Below are positions 18,064 to 29,700 of a stretch of DNA of 64,000 bases, piece by piece. The DNA lies in the IMG/VR virus record IMGVR_UViG_3300017971_004694; one strand, 5' to 3'. This DNA is from a virus. Position 1 is the stretch's first letter, and each line of letters starts with the position of its first letter. A program made the position numbers and the translations under genes. The notes beneath the pieces are model-generated. The model saw only the letters and a list, made by a program, of their open reading frames with translations, had not been told where the DNA came from and did no database searches.

Positions 18064-19734
18064 TTATTCATCAACCCTTTTGCCCTTTCTCCACTGATAG
18101 CAAGACCAGTATTTTGCTTTCGTTTTATTCTTGGCAGATTCGGTGTCACATTTGTGCCTAGCTCTGAAAGATTTACGACGCTTGGGGTCATCCCTCTTTA
18201 TTTCGAGTCCAGGATCGCCAAATTGAACCTTCTTTACCTTTTTTGTTTTGGGATCCATCACAAACACATGAAACTTCTTTTTACTACCAGATGGATTTCT
18301 TATTGGGTCATTAAGTTTCACCTTTTTGCCTTGATATTCGGCAGCTAGCACAGTTTTCTTCTTTGCAGATTTGTCTATACCATCATCAGCCCTAAAATCT
18401 TCTTCAGTAAGTTCTTGCGGCATATCCTTTTGTGTAAGTTCTTGCGGCATATCTCTTCGTGTAAGCGGCTGCGGAAACTGTCCCCTCTGTGGAGCAGGAG
18501 CAGGCTGCTTTTGCTGCTGTTGTTGTTGCTGTTGCGGCTGTTTTCCATACATTCTTCTCATATATTCCTGAAACTTAGCCGGATCTCTCAAACTCGTGCT
18601 TGGCCTAGCAGGAGGCTGTTGTTTAGCTGGTTGAGGAGCCGGTTGTCTTGGCTGTGGTTGAGGAGCCGGTTGTCTTGGCTGTGGTTGAGGTGCTGGTTGA
18701 GGTGCTGGTTGAGGTGCCGGCTGCCTCTGAGCTGGTTGCTGCTGTTGCCTCGCTCTGGTATTCTGAAGCCTAAAGTGATTGGCCCACTGATGAGCAAGAC
18801 CTTTATTTCTTATTGCCCTCACCCTTCTCTTTTGTTCCTCGGTCAACCCCTCCAGGTTTTGAGCCTCTTTTTCTATCCCATCGTCGGATTTTTGCCGTGA
18901 TTCAGCACGCATTATGTTTTGAAACACACCTTCAACCACCGCTTTACCTTTTTGTTCCCACATTTTTCTTAAAAGATCAAGAGCATTTGCGATTTTTGCT
19001 GGCTTGTAGCGCAGCATTAAGGCCTGAAAATATGTAATGTCCTGACTGTTAAGCCACTTGTCGAACTCAGTGTTTTTATTTACAAATTCTTTTCTCCATT
19101 GCATCCATTTTGCTTCTTGTTGTGCTGGTTTCGTCGGTTGATTGCGTTTTGCTTGCTGGGGCGCTTTCCATGGCGTACCAGGATATCCTAAATAACTATG
19201 CAACATTTTCCTAGTCAAATCTTTGATACGCCCTTTTTTCAAACTCGAAATTATATCTACTCCAGTTGCTTCCTGATATTGCTTAGCTCTCTGTGCCATT
19301 TCCGGGTTGGCTTTAAAGTATCTATCAACCCAATCTCCCTGAGCCTCTTTTTCTATGCCCAAAGAAGCCATAACATCCATAACATCTTGCTCTCCTTCAA
19401 ACAAATCCAGAAGATCGTATTCGGATCCACTGATCTCCTCTTCCTCTTCTATTTCATATGCAGGGGCTTCCTCCATAAAGGGAAGGACGCTTCTCTCTTT
19501 TTCCCTCTCTTCTTCCTCACGCCTTCCTTCATGGCGCTCAAACAAATAGGGCAGATCAAAGGGCTTTTTATTAGCAAGCCGCTTAAGGCGAATAGCTCTT
19601 GCTTCTTTTCTGCCTTGCTCTTCCAAAACCTTTGTGTGCTTTTTGACATATTCATCAATAATATCAGCCGCGTCAAAGAATCCCCTCTTATCGAGATAGT
19701 TTGCTAGGGCCACAAAATCTTTTAAGTTACTCAT
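18064..19734 (-). CDS. Modular head protein with Q/P-rich repeats and a basic C-terminal domain
   Basis: N-terminal hairpin motif, IEKEA x2, IDKSA. C-terminal AEYQGKKVKLN...VKKVQFGDP...RRKSFRARHKC...KYWSC domain resembles one I recall from T4-like cyanophages and giant viruses. Confidence 0.7.
   Translation of the reverse strand: MSNLKDFVALANYLDKRGFFDAADIIDEYVKKHTKVLEEQGRKEARAIRLKRLANKKPFDLPYLFERHEGRREEEEREKERSVLPFMEEAPAYEIEEEEEISGSEYDLLDLFEGEQDVMDVMASLGIEKEAQGDWVDRYFKANPEMAQRAKQYQEATGVDIISSLKKGRIKDLTRKMLHSYLGYPGTPWKAPQQAKRNQPTKPAQQEAKWMQWRKEFVNKNTEFDKWLNSQDITYFQALMLRYKPAKIANALDLLRKMWEQKGKAVVEGVFQNIMRAESRQKSDDGIEKEAQNLEGLTEEQKRRVRAIRNKGLAHQWANHFRLQNTRARQQQQPAQRQPAPQPAPQPAPQPQPRQPAPQPQPRQPAPQPAKQQPPARPSTSLRDPAKFQEYMRRMYGKQPQQQQQQQQKQPAPAPQRGQFPQPLTRRDMPQELTQKDMPQELTEEDFRADDGIDKSAKKKTVLAAEYQGKKVKLNDPIRNPSGSKKKFHVFVMDPKTKKVKKVQFGDPGLEIKRDDPKRRKSFRARHKCDTESAKNKTKAKYWSCYQWRKGKRVDE
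18629..18718. repeat. Coding tandem repeats: 27-nt x2 plus 12-nt x3 (QPRQPAPQP/APQP)
   Basis: ggttgaggagccggttgtcttggctgt x2, then ggttgaggtgc(t/c) x3. Confidence 0.9.
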
Positions 19735-20405
19735 TTATTTACCCCTTTTTTGCAGAAGTGCTCCCACCAATTGTCCGCATCCTTGGGCAATGCCCTATAG
19801 CTTTTTGGTGGCGGAAGTAAGAACCCAGTCCTAAGCATAGAAATTAACTCTTTCATCTTTTCGTATTCAAAGTCTCTATCATCAATCAAACCAACTGTAT
19901 ATTTGTCGTATAGCTTTGAAGCCATTAAGTATGCTCTGTCCGCAGAAACCATTTTGCGAGTCTTTGGTTTTTTAACAACTTCACCAAAGTCTTCAAACTC
20001 CAACACTTCAGGAACAAGAGCATCAATTCTTTCCGACAGATCCGTTTCGCCCTTGCTTTCCAAAAGGCTGGCCACTTTGCCCAGCCCAATAAGACATTCT
20101 TCTTTGGGTTTGCCTGATATAAAATGTTCTATACAATTGTTTATGGCATCGGCTATATGAACCATACCTTTATTTTCCAAAGCGTCTGAGACATAAGTCA
20201 TAGAGTCAAGAATAGAAGCTTTTGAATATTTAAAACCACGCACTTGTTTTAAGCGCTCTTCTGCCCGCTTTTTACCCGATTCTCCACCATAACAGCCAAA
20301 TTCTTGGTATTTGCCCTTCTTGGTTTTTTTATGTCCTATGACACAATAAACCGTTTTGCCTTTTCTTTTCCTAGTGACTATCTTGGCGAGCTTCGTAATA
20401 CTCAT
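19731..20405 (-). CDS. Head-module protein with basic N-terminal domain and two helical hairpins
   Basis: Likely start MSITKLA at 20405 (GGAGAGG SD); KTVYCV...EFGCY...KRAEERLKQV basic domain. Confidence 0.7.
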   Translation of the reverse strand: MSITKLAKIVTRKRKGKTVYCVIGHKKTKKGKYQEFGCYGGESGKKRAEERLKQVRGFKYSKASILDSMTYVSDALENKGMVHIADAINNCIEHFISGKPKEECLIGLGKVASLLESKGETDLSERIDALVPEVLEFEDFGEVVKKPKTRKMVSADRAYLMASKLYDKYTVGLIDDRDFEYEKMKELISMLRTGFLLPPPKSYRALPKDADNWWEHFCKKGVNK

Positions 20406-20415
20406 ATCCTCTCCA

Positions 20416-20757
20416 TTATTTATTATACTTTCTGGAACCAAACATTTTATTAGTCAAAGAAGCATTTACGGCCTTATGGAAATCAAACTCAGGAAGCCAT
20501 ATTGCTTTAATGTTTCCTCCAGATGAATCACAGTTTATGTAAATTTCTCCAACATCGGGCACGTCAAGGGTCAACATATCACTATCAATATCCACATCTA
20601 CAACCGTTCCTCTAAAGAAACCGGTGTTATTCAGTGAGAACTGGTCAAAGTTAATGGATTCAATGTCTACACCCATCCACACACATATTTCTCTACCTAA
20701 AAATTTATCTCTAATGAAAGTAGCCATACCCATGATTATGCCCTCATAAGTCTTCAA
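20416..20757 (-). CDS. Small beta-barrel protein (Sm/SH3-like?)
   Basis: LGREICVWM...FRGTVVDVD...MLTLDV..GEIYIN...IKAIW pattern of short beta strands. Confidence 0.4.
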   Translation of the reverse strand: MKTYEGIIMGMATFIRDKFLGREICVWMGVDIESINFDQFSLNNTGFFRGTVVDVDIDSDMLTLDVPDVGEIYINCDSSGGNIKAIWLPEFDFHKAVNASLTNKMFGSRKYNK

Positions 20758-20782
20758 TTTCTATGATCATTTATTATAAGAT

Positions 20783-23700
20783 TTATGCCGCCAAAAGTCT
20801 CTGCAATTTTCCCTTTAAGTTCAAATACCTGGGGACATTTTCTCTAAACTCATACACCAAGGCCCATCTTCTTCCTGCTGCGCTTGGGTGTTTGTCTTTT
20901 TTGGCTTCTTCGTATCTGGACTTCAGCCTTTCAATCTCTTCTTCTATAGACTCAATCATGCCAGAAATCTCTTCTTTTTTTAAGAACCTTATCCTTTCAT
21001 CTGGATCTGGAACATTCAAAAGATTTTTCCATCTTTTCACAACATTAGGTTCTCTTTGCTCGGGTCTTATATAGAGCGGATCCCAACGAAGTGGGCGCTC
21101 CCTATCTAAAATCTTCCCGGCAGTTTTCTGATCTATTTTGCCCAAAAACTTAATGTCTTTTTTATACTTGTTCCAGATCTCCTCCGAGAATAATATCTCA
21201 TGGACACCCTCTAATTTATGCAAGCCGCCGGCTTCTTTAATCATTTTCATAGGAACTTTATATGTATAGACATTTCCAAAAATGCCGTGGCGTGGGCCAA
21301 CTGTTCTCCAATTGGAAGTCATAAATAAGCCTACACTAATGGGCTCTTCTGTTTGCCTTGATCTTACCCAAGAGTGCTGACCAAGTTCAGCGTATTCTGG
21401 GTCTATCTTTTCCCAAAGCTCAGGATCAGGCAACCATCGTGTCTTGGGTCTGGGAATAGGTGGTCTTGGCCCTACGTGATACAATATTTTGTATTCTCCT
21501 TCCCTACGCACAGCCTCTTTCACAAACTCCCCTTTAGCAAATAGAAAGTCGTCCGCCATGTCCTCGCTTTCACCTATCTTGCTCCAATCCGCATCTGGCG
21601 GCATTAACCTATGTTTTTTGTATAGGTCTAGTTTGACTTCTTTATATCTTTCCATATCCCCTTCTTGTAATGCCCTGTGCTTTTCAAGTATTTGTCTATG
21701 CCTCTCTTCAACCGGGGCATCTAAGATGCGCTTGAGACCTTTAAGCTGATATTCCACATGCTCTTTGGGTCTTACTTTAAGATCTATAGAAATCCCTTCA
21801 GATGTCTCATATGTGTGCTCAACATAAGCGCCCTCTTTCACATTGGAAAATGGTATGCCCGCCTCTGTTAGCATCTTGCTGGTTCTCTCAACATCGTCGG
21901 TTCCAACTTGAAAGTCTATGTCCGATACGCCGGGGATGTTAATTCCAGCCGCCGTTGAACTAACACAAACAGGATCAATCCCAAGTTCCTTGAGTCTCTC
22001 TTGCTCTCTTTTCATTATCCTGAACATCTTGCGGCGTTCTCTGGCGCTCTTTAGCAAGACTTCATATTCTTCTTTGGTGTATTTTGCCGCTTTCTTGAAT
22101 AGTTCTTTTTTCCTGTCCTCATCTATTCTTGCGGCATCCATCTGCTTGTCTGTGGCCACCACCGCCTTGATGGTCTTTTTCTTCTGCATCACGGCTTTGG
22201 CTAGTCGATGGTAGCCGTCAATAACCTCGCCCTTATATACCAAGATCGGATATTTCAAATCCGCGTCCTTTATTCTTTTAGTATCATCCTTATATTTCTT
22301 AGGATTCTCAAGCACCTCTTCTGGACTATGGGCACCCTTCCCTGGACCAACCTCATCACCCCATACTTTTTCTTTCATGTTCCATTCAAGAGTGCTAATG
22401 GGGACATTCTCCGCTTTGTTGTCCGCAGTGATTTCTATTAACATATCCACGGAATATGCTCTATCACTATCCGTGTAAGTCTGCCCAGCCTTCTTCTCAA
22501 GATCATCTTCCTTGGCTTCCATGATCATCCACTTGTTTCCATCAGTCTTGAAGACCTTGTAGGCGCCCTTTTCCTTTTTGCCCTTCAACTTAAAGACAAT
22601 TTTGCTGCCGCTCCAGGAGATTTCATTATAGGTTCCAGAGTCATAAACTTCCACTTTTCCAGCACCATATTCGCCCTTGGGAATCTCTCCCTTGAACTTC
22701 ATGTATGAAATTGGGTGATCTTCCGTCTTCATGGCCAACAGCTTTTCTTTGCCTTTGGGAAGCTTGTGTTTTGGGATTGCCCATGAAGACATAGCACCCT
22801 GATCGTTTTCAAGTCTCAAATCGAAGTGTTCCCCAGCCCTCTCAGCCTTGTGGCGTTGAATTACAAACCTGTGCTTATTCTTTCCTTCTTCTTTGCCCTC
22901 TGGTTCTGGGGTCTCTTCAAACTCTCTTTTTTTTTTGTAAGTTGAAAGCGGGTCTTTCGCTGCCAATCTCAATTGGGCTTTCTTTCTACCCTTCATTTTG
23001 AAAAGTTCCATATCCAGAATATCCTCTATATTATATGGATATTCCTTCATAGTTCTTTCAATCTGCTTAGAGAACCTGGCCCAGAATTCTGGATTGTCTT
23101 TTTGAAGCACAACAAGCTCATGGAACTTATCCCAGAAATCAGCACCTATCTTATTATTCTCAAGCTCGTTTATCGCCTTGATTGGCATCCAGTCATACTT
23201 CCCAGGCATTACCAAAGCTCTCACAAGCATATATTTGCCCGGAGTAAACTGATTGGTCTTGGTGGTTAATGAGATTCCATTGTAGTCGTGTTCTTTCATG
23301 CCGCTAATGTCATCTTCCTTACCAGCCACCATTTTCTCAGCTTGCCATTTTGGTACAGCCTCAAGGCCGCCAATTTGTCTTGGTTCCAATCCTTCCAGAT
23401 CGGTTTCGTCTAAGTTCCAGATGTCCAATACTCTAAGCAACCTTGGCGTAGTTCCTTTTCTCCTCTGGCGTATTTCTTTACCCTGTAGGTTAAACCTGGC
23501 ACCAAGCGGAATGGCATCCTTGCGAGGAAGCTTCAGTCCATCTTCAACTTTCGTTATGAAATATGTGCCTGGGCCATCAGAGGATATACCATCTCTCTTC
23601 ATGGATACAAGCCACTCATCTAAACCAAACCTTTCATATGGGTTCTCAACGGACAACATTTTATCCACCCAACGCTGAAGTAGAGGTATAGAAACTTCTT

Positions 23701-26700
23701 GTTTTTTGAATTTCTCATTGATCTTCTTCTTCCTCTCTTCAAGTTTGTTCTGCATTTCCGACGAGCCCGTGCCCTTATTTTTCTTGACCTCTGCCTCAAG
23801 CATAGCCCTGGCCATCCAACCAACATAATGTAGTGGATCGTCAAAGGCATAGTCCTTTGTGGCACTCAAAAGAAATAGTTTTCTCAGAAGAGCAGCTCGT
23901 CTCTTTGCGGATGGCGCTTTAACCTCCCCTTCCTCTATTTTCTCTTGTAGGAAACTCAGCTCGTCATAATAGTCATAGTATTGTCGAACGGCACAGCTTT
24001 GGCCTATTGGAGCCACTTCGTTAAAAGCAACCATCAAATCTGCATGAGGATTTTGCTCTCTATGCTCTTGCGGAATCTCTTCCCTTCTCAGCTCTTTTTC
24101 AACCGTTCCCCACATATCTCTTGTGTGAGGTCCCCACAAAAAACCAGCAGCCGGAACCTTTTGTTCCTTTCTGGCTCGGCCAATGGTAAATCTTACACCA
24201 TCATGCGGACAGATAAAGGGAACCTCGTCCAGCCATGCTGGCGGAGTTCTTCCCTCTCCCTCGGGAGATGGCACAGCCTCTTCTTCTCTGGCTTCCTGTT
24301 CTGTTATTTCTTCTTCCATTGGGGGCACAAGTCCGTAATATCTTTTAAGCTTTGCTTTGATTTCCTGGCCTCTGCCTGTTTTCCAAATGTGGTGGTTCCA
24401 ATCAATAGAATTCAAGGGAACCCTACCACCTGGACAAGTTGGATTTGGGCACCAAGTATGAGACCAAGGCACTGCGGCTTGGGCTGAATATATTCCCATC
24501 TTTCTTTCTATATCTTTTTTCTCCTGCGCCAATCCACTTATTTTTTCATTAAGGTTTGTGAGCAATCTGTTCAGATCTCGTATCTTGCGCTCACCACTTT
24601 CTTTATCTTTAGGATCTGTATATGTGTCCTTGGCCTTGGAAAAGAATCTCAAAAGCTTGTTGGCTTTCTCTTGTTCTCTTTGCATAGTAGTTAATTTGCT
24701 ATCCAAGCGAGGCAGTTCTACGTTCCTCAGGCCTTCTACTCTTCCGGCGCAGTCTGGACACGCCCAGGTGCGTTTTTTTGTCTTTTGCATCTTGGGTGGA
24801 AGGGAGTTTTTCTCAAGGGTTTTACATATAGAGCACACTGGATTTTTTGATACTGTGTAGCCCTTATCCTTGGCCACTTCCTTGACCATCTGTCTGTCCA
24901 GGATTTTATAAATCCATTTATCCATGTTTATTGGTTCTACATTAGCCCTGTCCTCAGAGAAATATTCATTGGCCAAATCTGTGGTTTTCTCTATAATCTT
25001 CTGGATATAAGGTTTGGCCTCAGGCTGCTCTTCGAAATCAAGTTCTTGATTTCTTAGTTTTCTGGCCCTCTTCGTATCTATATCATCAAACATGCCAAAT
25101 GGCGCGTCAGGGAAAGTTCCAAATTGCTTGTTCAACCTGCCAGAATTTCTTATAAACCACATGCGACCTATAGATCTAACTATGTAAGGCAGAATCCAGC
25201 TCTGTAGGAGATGAGGCTCCTTCTTCAATATTTCCCAAGCTTTTGGATCATTAAGCAATTTTCTAAACTTAGGCCCTTCTTCCATTTTGTCTGGTGTAAA
25301 AAAGTCAAGCGCCTCCGAGGACATAGGGGGCGGATCTGGTTCTTTCCAAGTAGCCGTGCCCTTTTCGTCCACAGGAACCTCAAGTTTGGGGGCAAAGTAT
25401 GGCTTTGCCTCCGCAAGATGCCTTGCCTCTTCTTCTAGAGCTTCCATGCTATATTCTTCTACTACGTCCTCTTCTTCTTCCTTTTTGGCTTCTTTCTCCT
25501 CCTCGGACATCAGTTTTGAAATTTCTTCCCAGCGCTCTTCGAACTTTTCAGGATTGGCAAGCTCAACAAGCTCGCCGGCCATCTTTCCAGGGACAGCGGC
25601 GTATAGCTCAAAGCCGTTCATCATTCTATTATATCCCTTCTCCGCTTCTATGTCGGCTGCTTCTATATCATCCATATCAATGAAGGATTTGTTTAAATAC
25701 TCCGTTAAAGCTTCTGGATCAAGCGTCATTATTCTCTTCACTTCCTCATTGGCCTTACGAGCAAGGTATTCGTCTATTAGTTTTTTGATGGTGTGCTTTT
25801 GTTTTTCTGTAATCTCTCTGACTGCAGGAGGAACAACCTCTTTCTCCCTTTCAGCTTTTCTTTCTCGTCCAAGCAAATATGCAACCTCTTCTGGAGTCAA
25901 ATCTTCTAGTTCTGTAAATTCTTCCTCTTCTTCCAGCTCCTCTTCTTCCTCTTCAGGAATGGCAACTTCTTCCAGCTCTTCTTCCTCAAAAGCAACCTCT
26001 TCTGGCTCTGGCTCTGGCTCTGGCTCTGGCTCAGGTTCTGGCTTGGGAGCTTCTTCTACAACCGGAGGCTTTTCCTTAATCTCTTCTGGAACGGGAGCTG
26101 GAATTGGCTCCTCGCTTACATCCTCCCATTCGTCATCCTCCTCTTCCTCGGAGATTTCCTCAAGAAACTCCTCTTCCTCTTTCGGAAGCTCTTCAGGGAG
26201 CGCCTCTTCCTCTTCAAGTTTGGCCAACTCCTCTTCCTTTTCTTTTAGAAACTCCTGGTATGGTTGCTTCATGCCCTCAAGCAAACCCTGTTCTTCTTTT
26301 TCTTTTCTCCACTTCAGAAACTCATCAAGTTCTTCTTTACCTGGCGCCTCTCTTTTTGGCTTGGGCTCTACCCCTTCTTCCTCAAGTTCTTCGTATGTTC
26401 CACCATAGGGCTTCATCTTTTCGCCAAACATCTCAACGGCTTTTTCGCTTGGAAGTGGTCTTGGCTCAGTTGGCTCCACGAAGCCCTCTTCTTCCCTTTC
26501 GCGTCTTTGTTCCCCTTTAAGCCTCTCGATTTCAGCTTCGTCAAGCCCAGCTGCGAATTTTTCTATTCTATCTAAAACCTCACTAGCTTTTAGCCATGCT
26601 TCATATTTTTGTTTGGCTGGCCCCAAAGTCTCTGCGCCATTAAGGAAATTGGCGAACACCCAGGCAAAATTCTCTGAGTCGTCTGGGCCAATAGCCGTGA

Positions 26701-29700
26701 ACAACAAACCATCTTTTTCAATAGGGAGCCCCGTCCAAATACCCTTGGAACGGCGGACACTGCCCATAATCTCTGGCCAACCAGTAACTTCTCTTCCTTT
26801 CATAACGCCTGCCTCGGCAGCAAGAAGTGGGGCGTGGCAAATCATAGCGACGGGTTTCTTCTGACGCACGAATTTCCTAAGGAGTTTCTGTGCTTTCTTA
26901 TCCTTGGAATATTTAACCATGCCCATGCCGCCAACTACAAAGAGGGCATCATAATCTCCAACATCAACACTAGCAACCTTTTTGCTTATATCTACGGCTG
27001 TGCCCCTATCTCCAGTGGCTTTCAGCCCAGATGAAGCAGTATCAACATCAAACTTAAACTTCTCTACAAATAGATTGAGCGGAGTGGTATATTCAATCTC
27101 ACAAAAATCTTCTGGAGAAAGTATCATTAAAATCTTTTTGGCTTTGGCCTCTTTTATTATTTCTCTTCTAGATAAAGCCATTTTATCATCCGCATCAAAA
27201 TAAGTGCCGATTTCGCCAAAATCCACTCCCTTGGTTGGGAAGAAAGGAATTGCTCCCGTGTCTAAGCCACCGGGCTCTTTATCAAGATTTTCTGGGAGCA
27301 TGGTGTATTTCTTTCCATATGATTGTGGGAACTGATCCGAATCATCCTGCTTTCCGCCCATTGGCCCTTTCACTTTGCCTTGGGTCTCTCCAATGGAACC
27401 GGGAACACGGATGCTGCCTTTATTATGGAGCGTAGAAATATCACTCCTCATGCCGTCGCCTTTTACGACGCCAGTCTTCACATCTGGCCAATCCTCATTA
27501 AGCTCGTTCAGAAGCGTTTTAAGCTCTGCTCTGAGCTTATCGATTCCAACCTCTTTGTCGAGCTTGAACTCTACGTGTAGCCCCGTTCCGCCACTCTGGA
27601 AGATGGTTGGCGTGGAACCATACTTGGCCTTCAGCTTTTTGGCGAGCGCCCTGGCATACTTCTTGGCTTGGTCTAATGAATATTTGCCGTGAATATCCAA
27701 ATCAACAAAGCCCAGGTTTGTCTTTGTTCCGAATACCTGGTGGAACGAAAGAATGCGCCTTTTGACCCAGTAGAAATAGTTGTTTGGGTTCTCGGAGTTT
27801 CCAGGGTCATCGTTGGTTATTTTGATTTCTTTTCCATCATGATTTCTCTTGAGTATTTTCTGGTTCTTGCCTATGCCAATATACACCAATACCGGCTTGT
27901 CTTTGATGCGAGACATGATTTTCTTACGGATTTCCGGCTTTTCATAATGGCTTTTAATCTGACCACGAGTAAGCTTGGTTCCTTCTTTGTCAATTAGCAC
28001 CTCAGACATTTTCTCCTGATCTTCATCGCCATCGTCATCCGCCATCTGAACGCCTTCATAAACATCAAATCTAATAACCATATAACGCTTATTAGTACCG
28101 AATCTTCTTTCAAGCGCCTTGGCTATACGCTTGCCAAAAGCCTTTTCTATGCGCTTGCTGCTCATCCTCTCTTTGGCAGTAATAAGCAGATCACAAACAT
28201 GCGCTCCGCCATAAGTGCGACACTTCACCACTTCTTCGACACTCACGGGAACGTCACTTGTGCGAATAGTCATCCTGCGCTTCCCGTTTTTAATCGCATC
28301 TACATATTGAGAAGGGAAATAAAGAGCACCTGGCTCGGCATAAATGGCAGCGTGTTTAGACAAAGTTAGGCTCGCCTCTCTTCTTTCTTCACCGCTCCAC
28401 TTTCCAGGGGCAAACTTATCCTTTAAAGTTTCCCAATTTTCCAATACAAAATTAGCTATTTCTCTGCTAAGATAATAACCAAACTCCTCATCTGTGATTT
28501 CTTTACCATATATTTGACTATACTCTTTGCGAGCCTGCTCTTTGAGAGCCGGGTTCATCTCAAACTCTTTTTCGGTCTTATGATATAGTTCACCAATCAC
28601 TTCTCGCTGAATAGGATTAATGACAATTTCCATCGTGTCTTCTTCCACAAACTCGTCTTCATCCTGCGCTCTTTTACTAAGTATCGAAAGCTCGCCTACC
28701 AGTCGTCTGGATGGAAATCCACCCATACCACGACCACCTGGAACACCCCTTAGCAACTCGCTTGCTATAGGAGCCAGGTCGGGTTGGGTTTGCATCAGCT
28801 TGGTAAGAACTTTCTTGAACCTGGAAGAATATAGATAATGTAGGTGTCCTGGTCCAAAAGGTTTTCTGCCATACAGGAATCTCTGCACACGACCAGGGCC
28901 GCTTCCATTGGATATGATGATTAACTGGTAGATATTGTAGGCGTTGGGCGCAGTAGTATCATAGCCAGACTTTTGCACATATCTGGTTGTAGCTCTAATC
29001 TTGTTCATAAAATCTTGTCTTGAAGTGTTTTCTATTAGATTGCCTACAGCCTTATCTTTTCTTATGTTTTTGGAGTTAAACTTACGCTTAAACTTGGCGA
29101 AGGAACTTGGGTTATTCTTCATCACGATGAGCCCTGCAAGCTTACTGCGTGCTACATTTCCCGTAATGTAAGTTGTGAATATTTTTTGCACCTCTCTTCT
29201 AACGGCAGGTGAGTCCGCGCCCAATTGCCTAAGAATCTCTGGCTTAAGTGTCTTGCCGACATACCTTCCATCCTTTTCCAACACAACCATGTTTGGGCTG
29301 TATCTTATGAAAGTTCCTTCTCTGCGCCTTACTCTGGATCTTGGGTTCTTTTCTAAGAAGGCTTTGATAATTCTTGGATTAATGTCTTGATAATCCCAAA
29401 TATTTTGCTTGCGAACCGCCTTCAAAGCCCTCTTCCAATCACTAGACATTTTCTTAAATTCGCTAGGAGAAATGCCAGTTGCGCTTTGAGCATTGGGCAT
29501 TCTAGAAAGCATCCCCATAAAATACGGACCATGAACCTGAGTTGGGCCAAAGGAAGTTCCAGAGTCTCCAATAACATGCGTTCTTCCACCCGATTCCAAC
29601 TGAGCCATGATTCTAAACATTTTTTCGCCATCGACACCGCCTATCGTCCCAAGCCTGCCCGGAGCATGCGTGATGCCCAGCATCTTTTCAAGCCTTCGTA

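Noticed and set aside
22927-22936. A10 run in the polyprotein as a frameshift site
   Set aside because: In frame (YKKKRE) and matches the conserved LigD PE N-terminal motif.
7445-26030. Short tandem repeats (12-nt, 9-nt, 27-nt, 6-nt) as possible CRISPR arrays
   Set aside because: Contiguous units with lengths in multiples of 3, no spacers, all inside ORFs; no cas genes seen.
25287-26408. 373-aa Ser-rich plus-strand ORF (and other long plus-strand ORFs such as 1123-1800, 12081-12479, 31418-32116, 49183-49851)
   Set aside because: Antisense shadows of Glu/Lys-rich or conserved minus-strand genes; no SD, low-complexity composition.
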